A stretch of 64,000 bases of DNA from a bacterium. Lineage in GTDB: Bacteria > Patescibacteriota > Dojkabacteria > JAKAPS01 > JAJZLI01. The position numbers and the translations under genes were made by a program. Positions 50,172-59,380 of the stretch are shown here, one piece after another. The stretch spans positions 14,074 to 78,073 of the forward strand of contig JAJYWX010000029.1 in NCBI GenBank assembly GCA_021791275.1. The letters run 5' to 3'. The notes beneath the pieces are model-generated. The model saw only the letters and a list, made by a program, of their open reading frames with translations. It searched no databases and had not been told where the DNA came from. How positions within the stretch are numbered: position 1 is the first letter of the stretch; the number at the start of each line of letters is the position of its first letter.

Positions 50172-50681
50172 GTGAGTAGTAATATTAGAGAAAATTCTTT
50201 ATCAATTTCTTTTTTCATAGAACTTTGTGTTGCTATACTTGTTGGTGTTGTCTTTTTAAATTTTTTAATAGGGATAACATTCAAATATTTTGAAACTCAT
50301 AATTTATTTGGACATAATAAGCTTTTAGATTTTTATTACCATATTCCTCCACCTAAAGTTAAGACGTTAACTTTAGAGCAAAAAGATATATCTAATTTTG
50401 TAAATTTTTTATCTTCAAATAATAGTAATATATCAGAGTATTTATCAGAAAACTATATAATTTCTTTAGTCAATAAATATCATAAATCTAATTATGCTTT
50501 AGATATAAAACAATATTTAGGTATAAATAATGTTGAAAAAAAAGTTTATTTTATGAAAAATTATAATTCATATTATTCAATTTATTTAATTGTTGGAAAA
50601 TCTAAATTATATTTAGATATTTATGTAAGCAAAGAAAATGGCAAATATCTTATTACAGATATAAAGCCTGTAGAAGTTTAG
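50172..50681 (+). CDS. Membrane-anchored hypothetical protein
   Basis: GTG start 6 nt after TGATATAAT; N-terminal TM; ends KENGKYLITDI. Confidence 0.65.
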   Translation: MSSNIRENSLSISFFIELCVAILVGVVFLNFLIGITFKYFETHNLFGHNKLLDFYYHIPPPKVKTLTLEQKDISNFVNFLSSNNSNISEYLSENYIISLVNKYHKSNYALDIKQYLGINNVEKKVYFMKNYNSYYSIYLIVGKSKLYLDIYVSKENGKYLITDIKPVEV

Positions 50682-50723
50682 CCTTCTCATTTATATTTAA
50701 TTTTTATTATCTAATATATTAAT

Positions 50724-51704
50724 ATGAATAAAGTTAAATTAGGCTCACAAGGGTTGAATGTTTCAAGGATAGGTCTTGGGTGTATGGGTATGAGTGATTT
50801 CTATAAGGGAGGTTCTGAAAAAGAATCTTTGGATACAATAGATAGGGCCATAGATCTGGGTATTAATTTTTTTGATACAGCAGATATGTATGGTCCATTT
50901 AAAAATGAAATATTGGTTGGGAAAGCACTTCAAAAATATAGAGATAGGGTTGTTATAGCAACAAAGTTTGGAAATGAAAGAGCAGAAGATGGATCTTTTA
51001 TTAGAATAAATGGTAGTCCAGATTATGTTAGATCTGCTTGTGAAAATTCATTACAAAGATTGAATATAGACTATATTGATCTTTATTATATCCACAGAGT
51101 AGATACTACTGTTCCTATAGAAGAGACAGTTATGGCTATGTCAGATTTGGTTAAAGAAGGGAAAGTAAAATATATAGGTATATCTGAGGCTTCTTCTGAA
51201 ACTATAAAGAAAGCACATTCAGTTCACCCTCTTACTGCAGTCCAAAGTGAGTACTCCCTTTGGTCAAGGGATCCTGAAGAAAATATATTTGATACGATTA
51301 GAGAATTAGGGATAGGTTTTGTTGCATATTCTCCTCTAGGAAGAGGATTTTTAACTGGCAAGATCAAGAATATTGATGATTTAGAAGATGGAGATTTTAG
51401 AAAATATAACCCTAGATTTCAAGGGGATAATTTTCAGGAAAATTTATTATTAGTTTCTAAAGTAGAAGATTTGGCAGAAAGATTAGGTGCAATTCCATCA
51501 CAAATTGCCCTGGCCTGGGTATTGCATCAGGGAGATGATATAGTTCCAATACCTGGGACTAAACATATAAAATATCTAGAGGAAAATGTAAATGCTTTAA
51601 ATGTAAATTTATCCCACGAAGATTTAGAGTTTCTAAATAAAGTATTTGAAAAGGATAATGTTAAGGGTAATAGATATCCAGATATGAGTACTGTTAACAA
51701 GTAA
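50724..51704 (+). CDS. Aldo/keto reductase (AKR13-like)
   Basis: [37 protein letters not shown]. Confidence 0.95.
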   Translation: MNKVKLGSQGLNVSRIGLGCMGMSDFYKGGSEKESLDTIDRAIDLGINFFDTADMYGPFKNEILVGKALQKYRDRVVIATKFGNERAEDGSFIRINGSPDYVRSACENSLQRLNIDYIDLYYIHRVDTTVPIEETVMAMSDLVKEGKVKYIGISEASSETIKKAHSVHPLTAVQSEYSLWSRDPEENIFDTIRELGIGFVAYSPLGRGFLTGKIKNIDDLEDGDFRKYNPRFQGDNFQENLLLVSKVEDLAERLGAIPSQIALAWVLHQGDDIVPIPGTKHIKYLEENVNALNVNLSHEDLEFLNKVFEKDNVKGNRYPDMSTVNK

Positions 51705-51744
51705 AAAATAAAATATCGGATCTGGTTATAGTCTTTATATAAAT

Positions 51745-51819
51745 TGGAGTGAGAAACGGGATTCGAACCCGCGACCTCTTCCTTGGGAAGGAAGCATTCT
51801 ACCACTGAACTACTCTCAC
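51745..51819 (-). tRNA. tRNA-Gly(CCC), CCA encoded
   Basis: GTGAGAG/TTCTCAC-T-CCA acceptor; CTTCC-TTCCCAA-GGAAG anticodon arm. Confidence 0.94.
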
Positions 51820-51825
51820 ATTAAT

Positions 51826-51897
51826 AGCCGACAAGCAGAATCGAACTGCTAACGCCACTTTACGAAAGTGATGCTTTGCCATTTAAGCTATATCGGC
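51826..51897 (-). tRNA. tRNA-Thr(CGT)
   Basis: GCCGATA/TGTCGGC acceptor; loop TTCGTAA; AGCAG-TTCGATT-CTGCT T arm. Confidence 0.92.
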
Positions 51898-51957
51898 AAT
51901 ATGTTATGATTCTATCAGATTTTTATTTTTTTTCTAAGTTATGATAGAATTAAAGGA

Positions 51958-52584
51958 ATGGGACAGCAAAGTTTTTTAGCAAGAGTATTGGTAATATTTT
52001 CATTGTCTTTAATTGTAGCAGTGTTTGGTGTGTATTTTTCAAAGTATGTCCCCTCTTCACTTTTTATTATTTTATTCATAATTGAATTAGTACTTATTTT
52101 TGTTATAGGAGCAGTAAGAAATAATCATACTTTAGCTCCTATATTATTGTTTGTATTTACATTTATATCTGGTCTTACTGTTGGACCTTTAATTTATACA
52201 TTTTTCAATTACGGTGCAGGTGCTATAGTTTTTCAGGCATTAGCTATAACTGCTGTTATATTTATACTATTAACTGCAATAGTTTACTTTTTTAATGTTA
52301 ATTTAGTAAATTCTAAAATATGGATATTCTTAATAATAGGCCTTGTTGGAATAATAATTGCAGGTATAGTAAATATATTTTTACATAGTCCGATATTTAA
52401 TTTCTATATATCAGTTGCTGTTGTATTAGTATTTTCAGGTTTTGTACTTTATGATATGTCTAATATTATAGAAAATCCTGGCATGACAAATGAGTATGTT
52501 GCTGCACTAAGTTTATATCTTGATTTTGTAAATATATTTATTGCTATACTTAATATTCTAGGGTTCTTAGATGGTAAAGGTTAA
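51958..52584 (+). CDS. Bax inhibitor-1/YccA family membrane protein
   Basis: 7 TM helices; FSGFVLYD, AALSLYLDFVNIF. Confidence 0.92.
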   Translation: MGQQSFLARVLVIFSLSLIVAVFGVYFSKYVPSSLFIILFIIELVLIFVIGAVRNNHTLAPILLFVFTFISGLTVGPLIYTFFNYGAGAIVFQALAITAVIFILLTAIVYFFNVNLVNSKIWIFLIIGLVGIIIAGIVNIFLHSPIFNFYISVAVVLVFSGFVLYDMSNIIENPGMTNEYVAALSLYLDFVNIFIAILNILGFLDGKG

Positions 52585-53264
52585 TGATTTCTAATCTTTT
52601 TTCTTTTAATTTTATATCTCTTTTATCTATTCAAAATATAGCCTACACTATTAGTACGGTTATTTTTCCAAACATATATTTATTTTTATTTATCTTTATA
52701 ATATTAGAAGAGATGGGTGTTCCAATGCCTATTCCTGGAGAATTCTTTGTTTTTCTTGCGGGATATAGAGTAGCGTTAGGTGATGCTAATCCAATTGCAA
52801 TAATTTTAATAGTAATACTAGCAACAATTATAGGTTCCACTATTCTCTACTCTATTATTTATTGGCAAGGGTTAAATTTTATAGAGAAATATGGGAAATA
52901 TATATTTTTGTCAAAGTCAAAGATTCTTCAAGTGAAAGATTGGTTTAGTAAGAACGGTTTATTCGCAATTCTTATAGGGAGATGGATTTTTGGATTAAGG
53001 ATAATTGCTAATGTTATAGGTGGTCTTTTTCGATTAAGGTATGATAAATTTATCTCTGTTACAATTTTTGCAACAATTATCTGGACTGCATTCTATGTAA
53101 CTTTAGGTGTATTTTTAGGGCAATATTATCCCGCTATGATATCTTATATAAGTCAGTTTAATAGTATAGTTATAGAACTAATCTACTTCGTTCTCTTAAC
53201 ATTAATAACTGCTTTATTTATAAGAATAATAGTTGGAAAAGGTGCAAAGGAAATAATTAAGTAA
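52584..53264 (+). CDS. DedA family membrane protein
   Basis: EEMGVPMPIPGE, GSTILY, GRWIFGLR. Confidence 0.9.
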   Translation: MISNLFSFNFISLLSIQNIAYTISTVIFPNIYLFLFIFIILEEMGVPMPIPGEFFVFLAGYRVALGDANPIAIILIVILATIIGSTILYSIIYWQGLNFIEKYGKYIFLSKSKILQVKDWFSKNGLFAILIGRWIFGLRIIANVIGGLFRLRYDKFISVTIFATIIWTAFYVTLGVFLGQYYPAMISYISQFNSIVIELIYFVLLTLITALFIRIIVGKGAKEIIK

Positions 53265-53266
53265 GA

Positions 53267-53926
53267 TTAATTACAACTTAAGGAATTCTTTTGATAAGTT
53301 ATATTTGGAGTAGGATTGCTACTATATGTAACATTAACTCCAGAATTAATTGGGTCAATATATAAAACATTAGTATTCGGTGTAATTTCTATATTACTAG
53401 ATGCATTAATTGTTAATGTACATGTAGTTTGAGCATTGATGCTACTTTCTAGTAATAATTCAATGGTATCTTGTGATTTAGATTGCGATGATTGCGATAA
53501 AGATATATATAATGGATTTGAGCCATTTGCATAGTTATCAAGATTTATAGGAAGTAGTTCCCCTTGAGGAATAGAAATAGTATTTGTATCAGACAATGAA
53601 TTAGAAGATAAACTATAAGAGCAGGTTTCAAGATTTATTGAACTTCCTAAATTATTGTTAGGTAAACCTGTACAATTTGTTGGACTTTTAGTTACTGATT
53701 TAGGAACTCCTAAGGATGTATATTGAGAACTTATTGTAGATAGTCCTTCTTGAATTCCTGATTGAGATGTATTTAAAGAAGCTTCCCCTAAATATCCTTG
53801 TGAATTTTGATTTATTTCTTTGATTGTGGAAGAAGTCAAAACCATAACCAAGATGAGCATTACAATACCAAATAGCATAACTACTATTAAAGCTTGTCCA
53901 CTATTGTCTATATTTATACTCTTCAC
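53267..53926 (-). CDS. PilX-like minor pilin
   Basis: SG|QALIVVML (no Glu5), hydrophobic helix, ASLNTSQSGIQEGL, 4 Cys. Confidence 0.7.
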   Translation of the reverse strand: MKSINIDNSGQALIVVMLFGIVMLILVMVLTSSTIKEINQNSQGYLGEASLNTSQSGIQEGLSTISSQYTSLGVPKSVTKSPTNCTGLPNNNLGSSINLETCSYSLSSNSLSDTNTISIPQGELLPINLDNYANGSNPLYISLSQSSQSKSQDTIELLLESSINAQTTCTLTINASSNIEITPNTNVLYIDPINSGVNVTYSSNPTPNITYQKNSLSCN

Positions 53927-53975
53927 AATTTATAATATAGTATATATTATAAAACTAATCAACAACTATTAATTT

Positions 53976-54638
53976 ATGAAGAATAAACACAAACTTAAAA
54001 GAATTTTTTATTTAATTATCACTGTTTTGATTTTAATTTCTCTTTTTTTAGAATTCTTTTTTAGAGTTAAATATGTAGATATAAAAAATATAAAGAATCC
54101 CTATATTGTAAATAGTATAAGTAAATCTTTATATGGTAAAAATATTTTATTTCTAAATAATCAAAATGTTTTATATATATTAAAAAGGTACTATCCAATT
54201 GCAGATTCTGTAAGTATTCGTAAGGAATTCCCAAATAAATTAGAAATTTACGTAAACAATCAAAGTATTTTATATGAATATATTTATAAAAAAAGTAAAT
54301 ATTATGTTACTCAAAGTGGATCTTATCTAAAGTATCAATCTAATATATTAGGGAATTATCCCATTGTGTATTCTAATAAACCAATTTCAACATATGATAT
54401 TAAAGATATAAATACTCTTGTAAATGATATATCTAAGCAATTTGTTATATCGGTATATAAGTATGAAATTTCTAATGATACAGTTTATCTTTATATTAAT
54501 TCTGGAAAAGAAGCCATATTTAATTTTCATAAATCAATTATAAATCAAGTTAATGAGTTGATGAATGTAATTTCTTCAGTAGGTCCAAGTTGTAATATTA
54601 TAAATGTTGAGTACAATAAAATCTTTTGTGAAAATTAA
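53976..54638 (+). CDS. ftsQ: FtsQ/DivIB-like cell division protein
   Basis: TM, FFRVKYVDI, GKNILFL, RKEFPNKLEI (POTRA), upstream of ftsA. Confidence 0.72.
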   Translation: MKNKHKLKRIFYLIITVLILISLFLEFFFRVKYVDIKNIKNPYIVNSISKSLYGKNILFLNNQNVLYILKRYYPIADSVSIRKEFPNKLEIYVNNQSILYEYIYKKSKYYVTQSGSYLKYQSNILGNYPIVYSNKPISTYDIKDINTLVNDISKQFVISVYKYEISNDTVYLYINSGKEAIFNFHKSIINQVNELMNVISSVGPSCNIINVEYNKIFCEN

Positions 54639-54693
54639 TCTTGCAGATATAAAAAGATTAATATATACTTTTTGATAGTTATACTAAAAATTT

Positions 54694-55995
54694 ATGTCAA
54701 AAGGAATAGTTACTGGAATAGATATAGGTTCTTCTAAAATTACTACTGTTATAGTAAATGTAGATGAGCATGCTACCACAATCTTAGGACTTGCAAGTTA
54801 CAAAAGCAATGGAATAAAAAAGGGTGTAATAGTAAATATAGATGAAGCAGTAAAATCTATCTCTGACAGTTTAGAGGCAGCTGAAAGGATGGCTGGAATA
54901 GAAGTTAATAGCGCATATGTTACCCTTGGCTGCAAACATATATCAAGTACAAATAATAAAGGTATTGTAGCGATATCTTCGGAAGAGATATCTAATGAAG
55001 ATATTGCAAGAGTAAGAGAAAGCTCTGTTGCAGTATCAATCCCTCAATCAAGAGAAATATTACATACTATAGCTAGAGAATATGTTGTTGACTCTCAAGG
55101 AGGCATCAAAAATCCATTAGGTATGGCAGGAATAAGGTTAGAGATGGACACTCATATCATTACTGTTGGGTCAATGGTATTACATAATTTAAAAAAGTGT
55201 GTTGCACAAGTGGGTTTATCAGTAGTGGACGTTATTTTCTCTGGTTGGGCTGATGCTGAAGTCATACTAACTTCAACAGAAAAAGAGCTGGGAGTACTTT
55301 TATTGGATATAGGATTTGGGGTAACAGATGTTGTCTTATATACGGATGATTCAATAGCTTATTCAGCTTCTATTCCAATTGGAAGTTCTAACATAACTAA
55401 TGATATTGCTGTTGGGCTCCAAGTATCAATCGAGGATGCCGAGAAAATAAAATGTAATTATGGAATTTTAGTAAAAAAAGCTCAACAAAGAAAGGACAGA
55501 GATGAGGAAAAGAAAACGACATCCTCTTCTTCTTCCCTATCTTCAATGCTTAGCAATGATTTATTGTTAAAATTATCTGATATAGGGATTGATGTAGATC
55601 TTAATTTTGATGAGGTAAGAAAGAGTTTAATAGATGAAATTATAGACGCAAGGGTAGATGAAATTTTTGAAAATGTTAAAGAAGACATACTGAAATCTGG
55701 ATTTGACTATAGGATGCCTGCCGGGGTTGTATTAACAGGAGGAGGATCAAAACTTTTTTCTATAAATAAAATTGCACAAAAAAACTTTTCTTCTTCTGTA
55801 AGAATTGGCTATCCTACGAATCTTTCCTCTATGAATGATGAGATTTCTGGACCAGCATTTTCTGCTATACAAGGTGTCATTGACCATGGAATTAAACTTC
55901 TTTCAAAAGATAATGAAGGGAGCAATTTTTCTCATAAAGAATTTAGTAAAACAGCTAAAGGAATAATTGATTGGATAAAATCTTTAATGCCTTAA
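54694..55995 (+). CDS. ftsA: Cell division protein FtsA
   Basis: GIDIGSSKI, LDIGFGVTD, VLTGGGS, C-terminal amphipathic helix. Confidence 0.95.
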   Translation: MSKGIVTGIDIGSSKITTVIVNVDEHATTILGLASYKSNGIKKGVIVNIDEAVKSISDSLEAAERMAGIEVNSAYVTLGCKHISSTNNKGIVAISSEEISNEDIARVRESSVAVSIPQSREILHTIAREYVVDSQGGIKNPLGMAGIRLEMDTHIITVGSMVLHNLKKCVAQVGLSVVDVIFSGWADAEVILTSTEKELGVLLLDIGFGVTDVVLYTDDSIAYSASIPIGSSNITNDIAVGLQVSIEDAEKIKCNYGILVKKAQQRKDRDEEKKTTSSSSSLSSMLSNDLLLKLSDIGIDVDLNFDEVRKSLIDEIIDARVDEIFENVKEDILKSGFDYRMPAGVVLTGGGSKLFSINKIAQKNFSSSVRIGYPTNLSSMNDEISGPAFSAIQGVIDHGIKLLSKDNEGSNFSHKEFSKTAKGIIDWIKSLMP

Positions 55996-56055
55996 TATTG
56001 ATAAATTAAGCGTTTTGTGGTTTAATTGTGTAATATATAATTTGGTTTCATAATA

Positions 56056-57219
56056 ATGTTAGTAAAACCTCAGTCATTTGATAATTCTGCAAAGATAAAA
56101 GTTATTGGAGTTGGTGGTGGTGGTAACAATGCTATAAATACAATGATATCGGTATATAATATATCCGGTGTCGATTTTGTTGCAGTAAATACTGATGCTC
56201 AAGCACTTAAAAATTCACTCGCAGAAACAAAAATACAGATCGGAAGTGAGCTAACTAAAGGATTAGGTTCTGGAGGAGTAGCGTCTATAGGAAAACAGGC
56301 AGCTGAAGAAAGTATAGATTTAATACATGAGGCATTGTCTGGAGCAGATATGGTTTTCATAACAGCAGGGATGGGTGGAGGTACTGGTACAGGTGCATCT
56401 CCTGTTGTAGCAGGGATAGCAAAGAATTTGGGTGCATTAACAGTAGGTGTTGTAACTAAACCTTTTTCTTTTGAAGGCCAGAAAAGGAACAACGTTGCCT
56501 TAGAAGGTATAGAAGAATTAAGATCCAAAGTTGATACTCTGATAGTTATTCCAAATCAAAGATTGTTAGATATTATTGATAGAAAAGTAACTTTTGTTGA
56601 AGCAATGCAAACAGTAGATGATGTATTAGGTCAAGGAGTTAAAAGTATATCAGAACTTATTACTAAGGCAGGAATGATTAACGTTGATTTTGCAGATGTT
56701 AAATCAGTTATGGCTGATGCTGGTACAGCACTTATGGGTATGGGGATAGCTACAGGAGATGAAAGGGCATTAGAAGCATCTAAACAAGCAGTTAATAGTC
56801 CTTTGCTTGAATTATCAATAAAGGGTGCAACTGGAGTTCTTTTTAATATAACTGCAGGGAATGATCTTTCAATGTATGAAGTTGATCAAGCTGCAAATAT
56901 AATATCTGGTTCAGCTGAAAAAGATGCAAATATAATATTTGGAGCTTCCATTGATGATAGTATACAAGATGGATCTATTAGAATAAATGTTTTAGCAACA
57001 GGATTTGATAAGGATAGACAAAATAGTATTATAAGAGATGATAATAATTACACCCCATCTGCATTCATCAATGAAGATAAGTTCAAAAATAAAAAAGATG
57101 ATGATAGTAGTGTTATAGAAATTAATATTGATAAAGATGGTAGTAAAGAAGAAAAAGATACTTTAGATGATGATAGTGATTATGATAGTCCAGCATTCTT
57201 AAGAAGAGTGGGAAAATAA
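56056..57219 (+). CDS. ftsZ: Cell division protein FtsZ
   Basis: GGGTGTG, INVDFAD, C-terminal DSPAFLRR. Confidence 0.98.
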   Translation: MLVKPQSFDNSAKIKVIGVGGGGNNAINTMISVYNISGVDFVAVNTDAQALKNSLAETKIQIGSELTKGLGSGGVASIGKQAAEESIDLIHEALSGADMVFITAGMGGGTGTGASPVVAGIAKNLGALTVGVVTKPFSFEGQKRNNVALEGIEELRSKVDTLIVIPNQRLLDIIDRKVTFVEAMQTVDDVLGQGVKSISELITKAGMINVDFADVKSVMADAGTALMGMGIATGDERALEASKQAVNSPLLELSIKGATGVLFNITAGNDLSMYEVDQAANIISGSAEKDANIIFGASIDDSIQDGSIRINVLATGFDKDRQNSIIRDDNNYTPSAFINEDKFKNKKDDDSSVIEINIDKDGSKEEKDTLDDDSDYDSPAFLRRVGK

Positions 57220-57223
57220 TCAT

Positions 57224-58231
57224 ATGCAATTTGAATTCTCCTTATCAATTGACTTGTTTGATAACTTTATTAATATAATAGACTTAAACTCTAGTCTAAA
57301 ATCTATTGATATTCCTCAAAAAATATTAGATGAATTCCTAATTGATGAATTTAAAATTTTAGGAAAAATACTTAATATAAATTATGATGCTAAGGATATA
57401 AGGGCCTATGCTTTAGGTTTTAGTAAAATAAGCAGTAGTTTTGATAGTTCTATTGCTTCTGGATATAGGAATTCTAATGAAATGATACAGTCTTTGTATG
57501 TAGATAAGGGGAATATTTTTACATTAAATATAATATCCAGAGTAAATAAGGTATTAACAGAAAATGGATTTGAAATTTGGGAAAGTGGTAAGCTTAGAAA
57601 TGAAAAGTTTCCTTACAATGGAGAGTTAGATTTTTTTAAATTAGAAAGTTTAATATCAGATAAAGATATCTACGATAATATATATAAGATAGCTAATTAT
57701 TATAAAAATGATAAATATCCAAATATAATAAAAGTTTTTGTTATATCATATAATCTTTTTAGATTAAAACCGTTCTGCGTACTTAATGATATTACAATTG
57801 TTATCATAATGAAAATTCTTTTATTTGATATAGATTTTTTTAATTATGTACAAATTCTAAATATATTTTATGAGAATATAGATAAATTAAATCCGGATAT
57901 TGACTTAAGTGAGTGGCTTTTAAATATGTCTAAGTTTTTATTATCTGATATGAAATCTCAAAATGAATATATTAGGAAATATATTTCTTTGGATCACAGG
58001 AAATTTCTTTCAAATAATATTATAGCAAAACTTAATGATAGACAAAAAAACATATTCTTTTATTTAAGGGAGCACAAAAATATATCTAGACAAGAGTATA
58101 TGAGACTATTTAAAATATCTTCAATGACGGCATTTAGGGATTTAAATGAGATGAAATCTTTAGGAGTTATAACTTCATTTGGGTCAGGGAGAGGAACTAG
58201 ATATACAATATTAGAAAAATTTTTAACTTAA
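57224..58231 (+). CDS. Degenerate Fic-like domain with C-terminal winged HTH
   Basis: GKLR, KPFCVLND at the HPFxDGNGR position, LNDRQ...ISSMTAFRDLNEM...GSGRGTRY. Confidence 0.65.
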   Translation: MQFEFSLSIDLFDNFINIIDLNSSLKSIDIPQKILDEFLIDEFKILGKILNINYDAKDIRAYALGFSKISSSFDSSIASGYRNSNEMIQSLYVDKGNIFTLNIISRVNKVLTENGFEIWESGKLRNEKFPYNGELDFFKLESLISDKDIYDNIYKIANYYKNDKYPNIIKVFVISYNLFRLKPFCVLNDITIVIIMKILLFDIDFFNYVQILNIFYENIDKLNPDIDLSEWLLNMSKFLLSDMKSQNEYIRKYISLDHRKFLSNNIIAKLNDRQKNIFFYLREHKNISRQEYMRLFKISSMTAFRDLNEMKSLGVITSFGSGRGTRYTILEKFLT

Positions 58232-59032
58232 TTCTTGATTAATTATTGTTTGGAAATAAGAGTATGGATAAGCACCTAATACTTCCTGACCTGTTACTTT
58301 TCCATTTTTTATCTTCCCTATTACAAATGTTGGTGTTCCTTGGATATTGATCTTATTTCCTGCATTTATATCAGCACTTATTTGAGGCTGAAATGTATTG
58401 TCACTTATACATGTATTATAAAGGTTCATATTTAATCCTAAAGATTTTGCATAACCAGAAACAACTGATGGTGTATTTGTATCTTGGTTAGTTGTATACA
58501 TCTGATTTACGAAATTCCAAAACTTACCTTGTTCCCCAAAACATCTTGATTCTTTTGCCATACCTAATGCAAGTGGATGTATTTTTTCCAAAGGATAATC
58601 TCTAAACGCAAATATTATATTACCATTATTTATATAATTTTCTTGTATTTGTGGAAATACAGAATTATAGAATTCTTTACAAAATGGACATTGAAAATCG
58701 CCAAATTCTACTATAGCCACTTTTGCCTTTTTACTATTTCCTAATATTGGGTTTGTCCCCAAGGATACAGTTACTATATTATTTACAGTAGTTTGTGACC
58801 CCCCTGATGAGCTACTATTGCTACTATTTTGTGTACTCGAATTATTTTTAGTTACTGTATTGGAATTTGTACTATTTCCTATTCTAGAAGATACTATAAT
58901 TGCCAAGGCTATAAATATTCCTGCCACAACTATAGCTGAAGGAACCATATATTTAGAAAATTTTGATGTTTCTTGATTGTTAATATCTTCGATATGTTTT
59001 GTTTTAACAGTATTTTCTTTAGTTTTTTTCAT
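58223..59032 (-). CDS. Membrane-anchored DsbA/BdbD-like thiol-disulfide oxidoreductase
   Basis: EFGDFQCPFC, RDYPL, GTPTF, second Cys pair. Confidence 0.9.
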   Translation of the reverse strand: MKKTKENTVKTKHIEDINNQETSKFSKYMVPSAIVVAGIFIALAIIVSSRIGNSTNSNTVTKNNSSTQNSSNSSSSGGSQTTVNNIVTVSLGTNPILGNSKKAKVAIVEFGDFQCPFCKEFYNSVFPQIQENYINNGNIIFAFRDYPLEKIHPLALGMAKESRCFGEQGKFWNFVNQMYTTNQDTNTPSVVSGYAKSLGLNMNLYNTCISDNTFQPQISADINAGNKINIQGTPTFVIGKIKNGKVTGQEVLGAYPYSYFQTIINQELS

Positions 59033-59092
59033 TGATATTATTATAACATATAATTTTTAAATTTATGGTTTTATTGTTATAATACTAAAATA

Positions 59093-59380
59093 ATGAGTAA
59101 AATAACAGATGAAGAAATATTAAAAATTGCAAATCTTGCTAGGATAAAAATTAATTCAGATGATGTAAAAAAGTTTAGAGATAGTATAGAAGAAATATTA
59201 GAATATGTAGATAATTTATCTGAAGTTGATACGTCAAATGTTGATCCATTCTTTTCTTTAAATGATTTATCGAACTCTTTTCGAGAAGATGATCCACGAA
59301 AAAATACAGATTTTACTATTAATGATGATAATTTTATATCCCTAAAAAATGGTTATATTAAAGTGAATAAAGTTTTATGA
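59093..59380 (+). CDS. gatC: Asp/Glu-tRNA amidotransferase subunit C
   Basis: IANLARI, LSEVDT..V.P, FRED. Confidence 0.9.
   Translation: MSKITDEEILKIANLARIKINSDDVKKFRDSIEEILEYVDNLSEVDTSNVDPFFSLNDLSNSFREDDPRKNTDFTINDDNFISLKNGYIKVNKVL

Noticed and set aside
51527-51805. 92-aa minus ORF
   Set aside because: Its N-terminus is translated tRNA-Gly sequence and the rest is antisense to the reductase
50047-51897. Integrative element between tRNA-Asp and tRNA-Gly
   Set aside because: No duplicated tRNA 3' end (att site) and no integrase found
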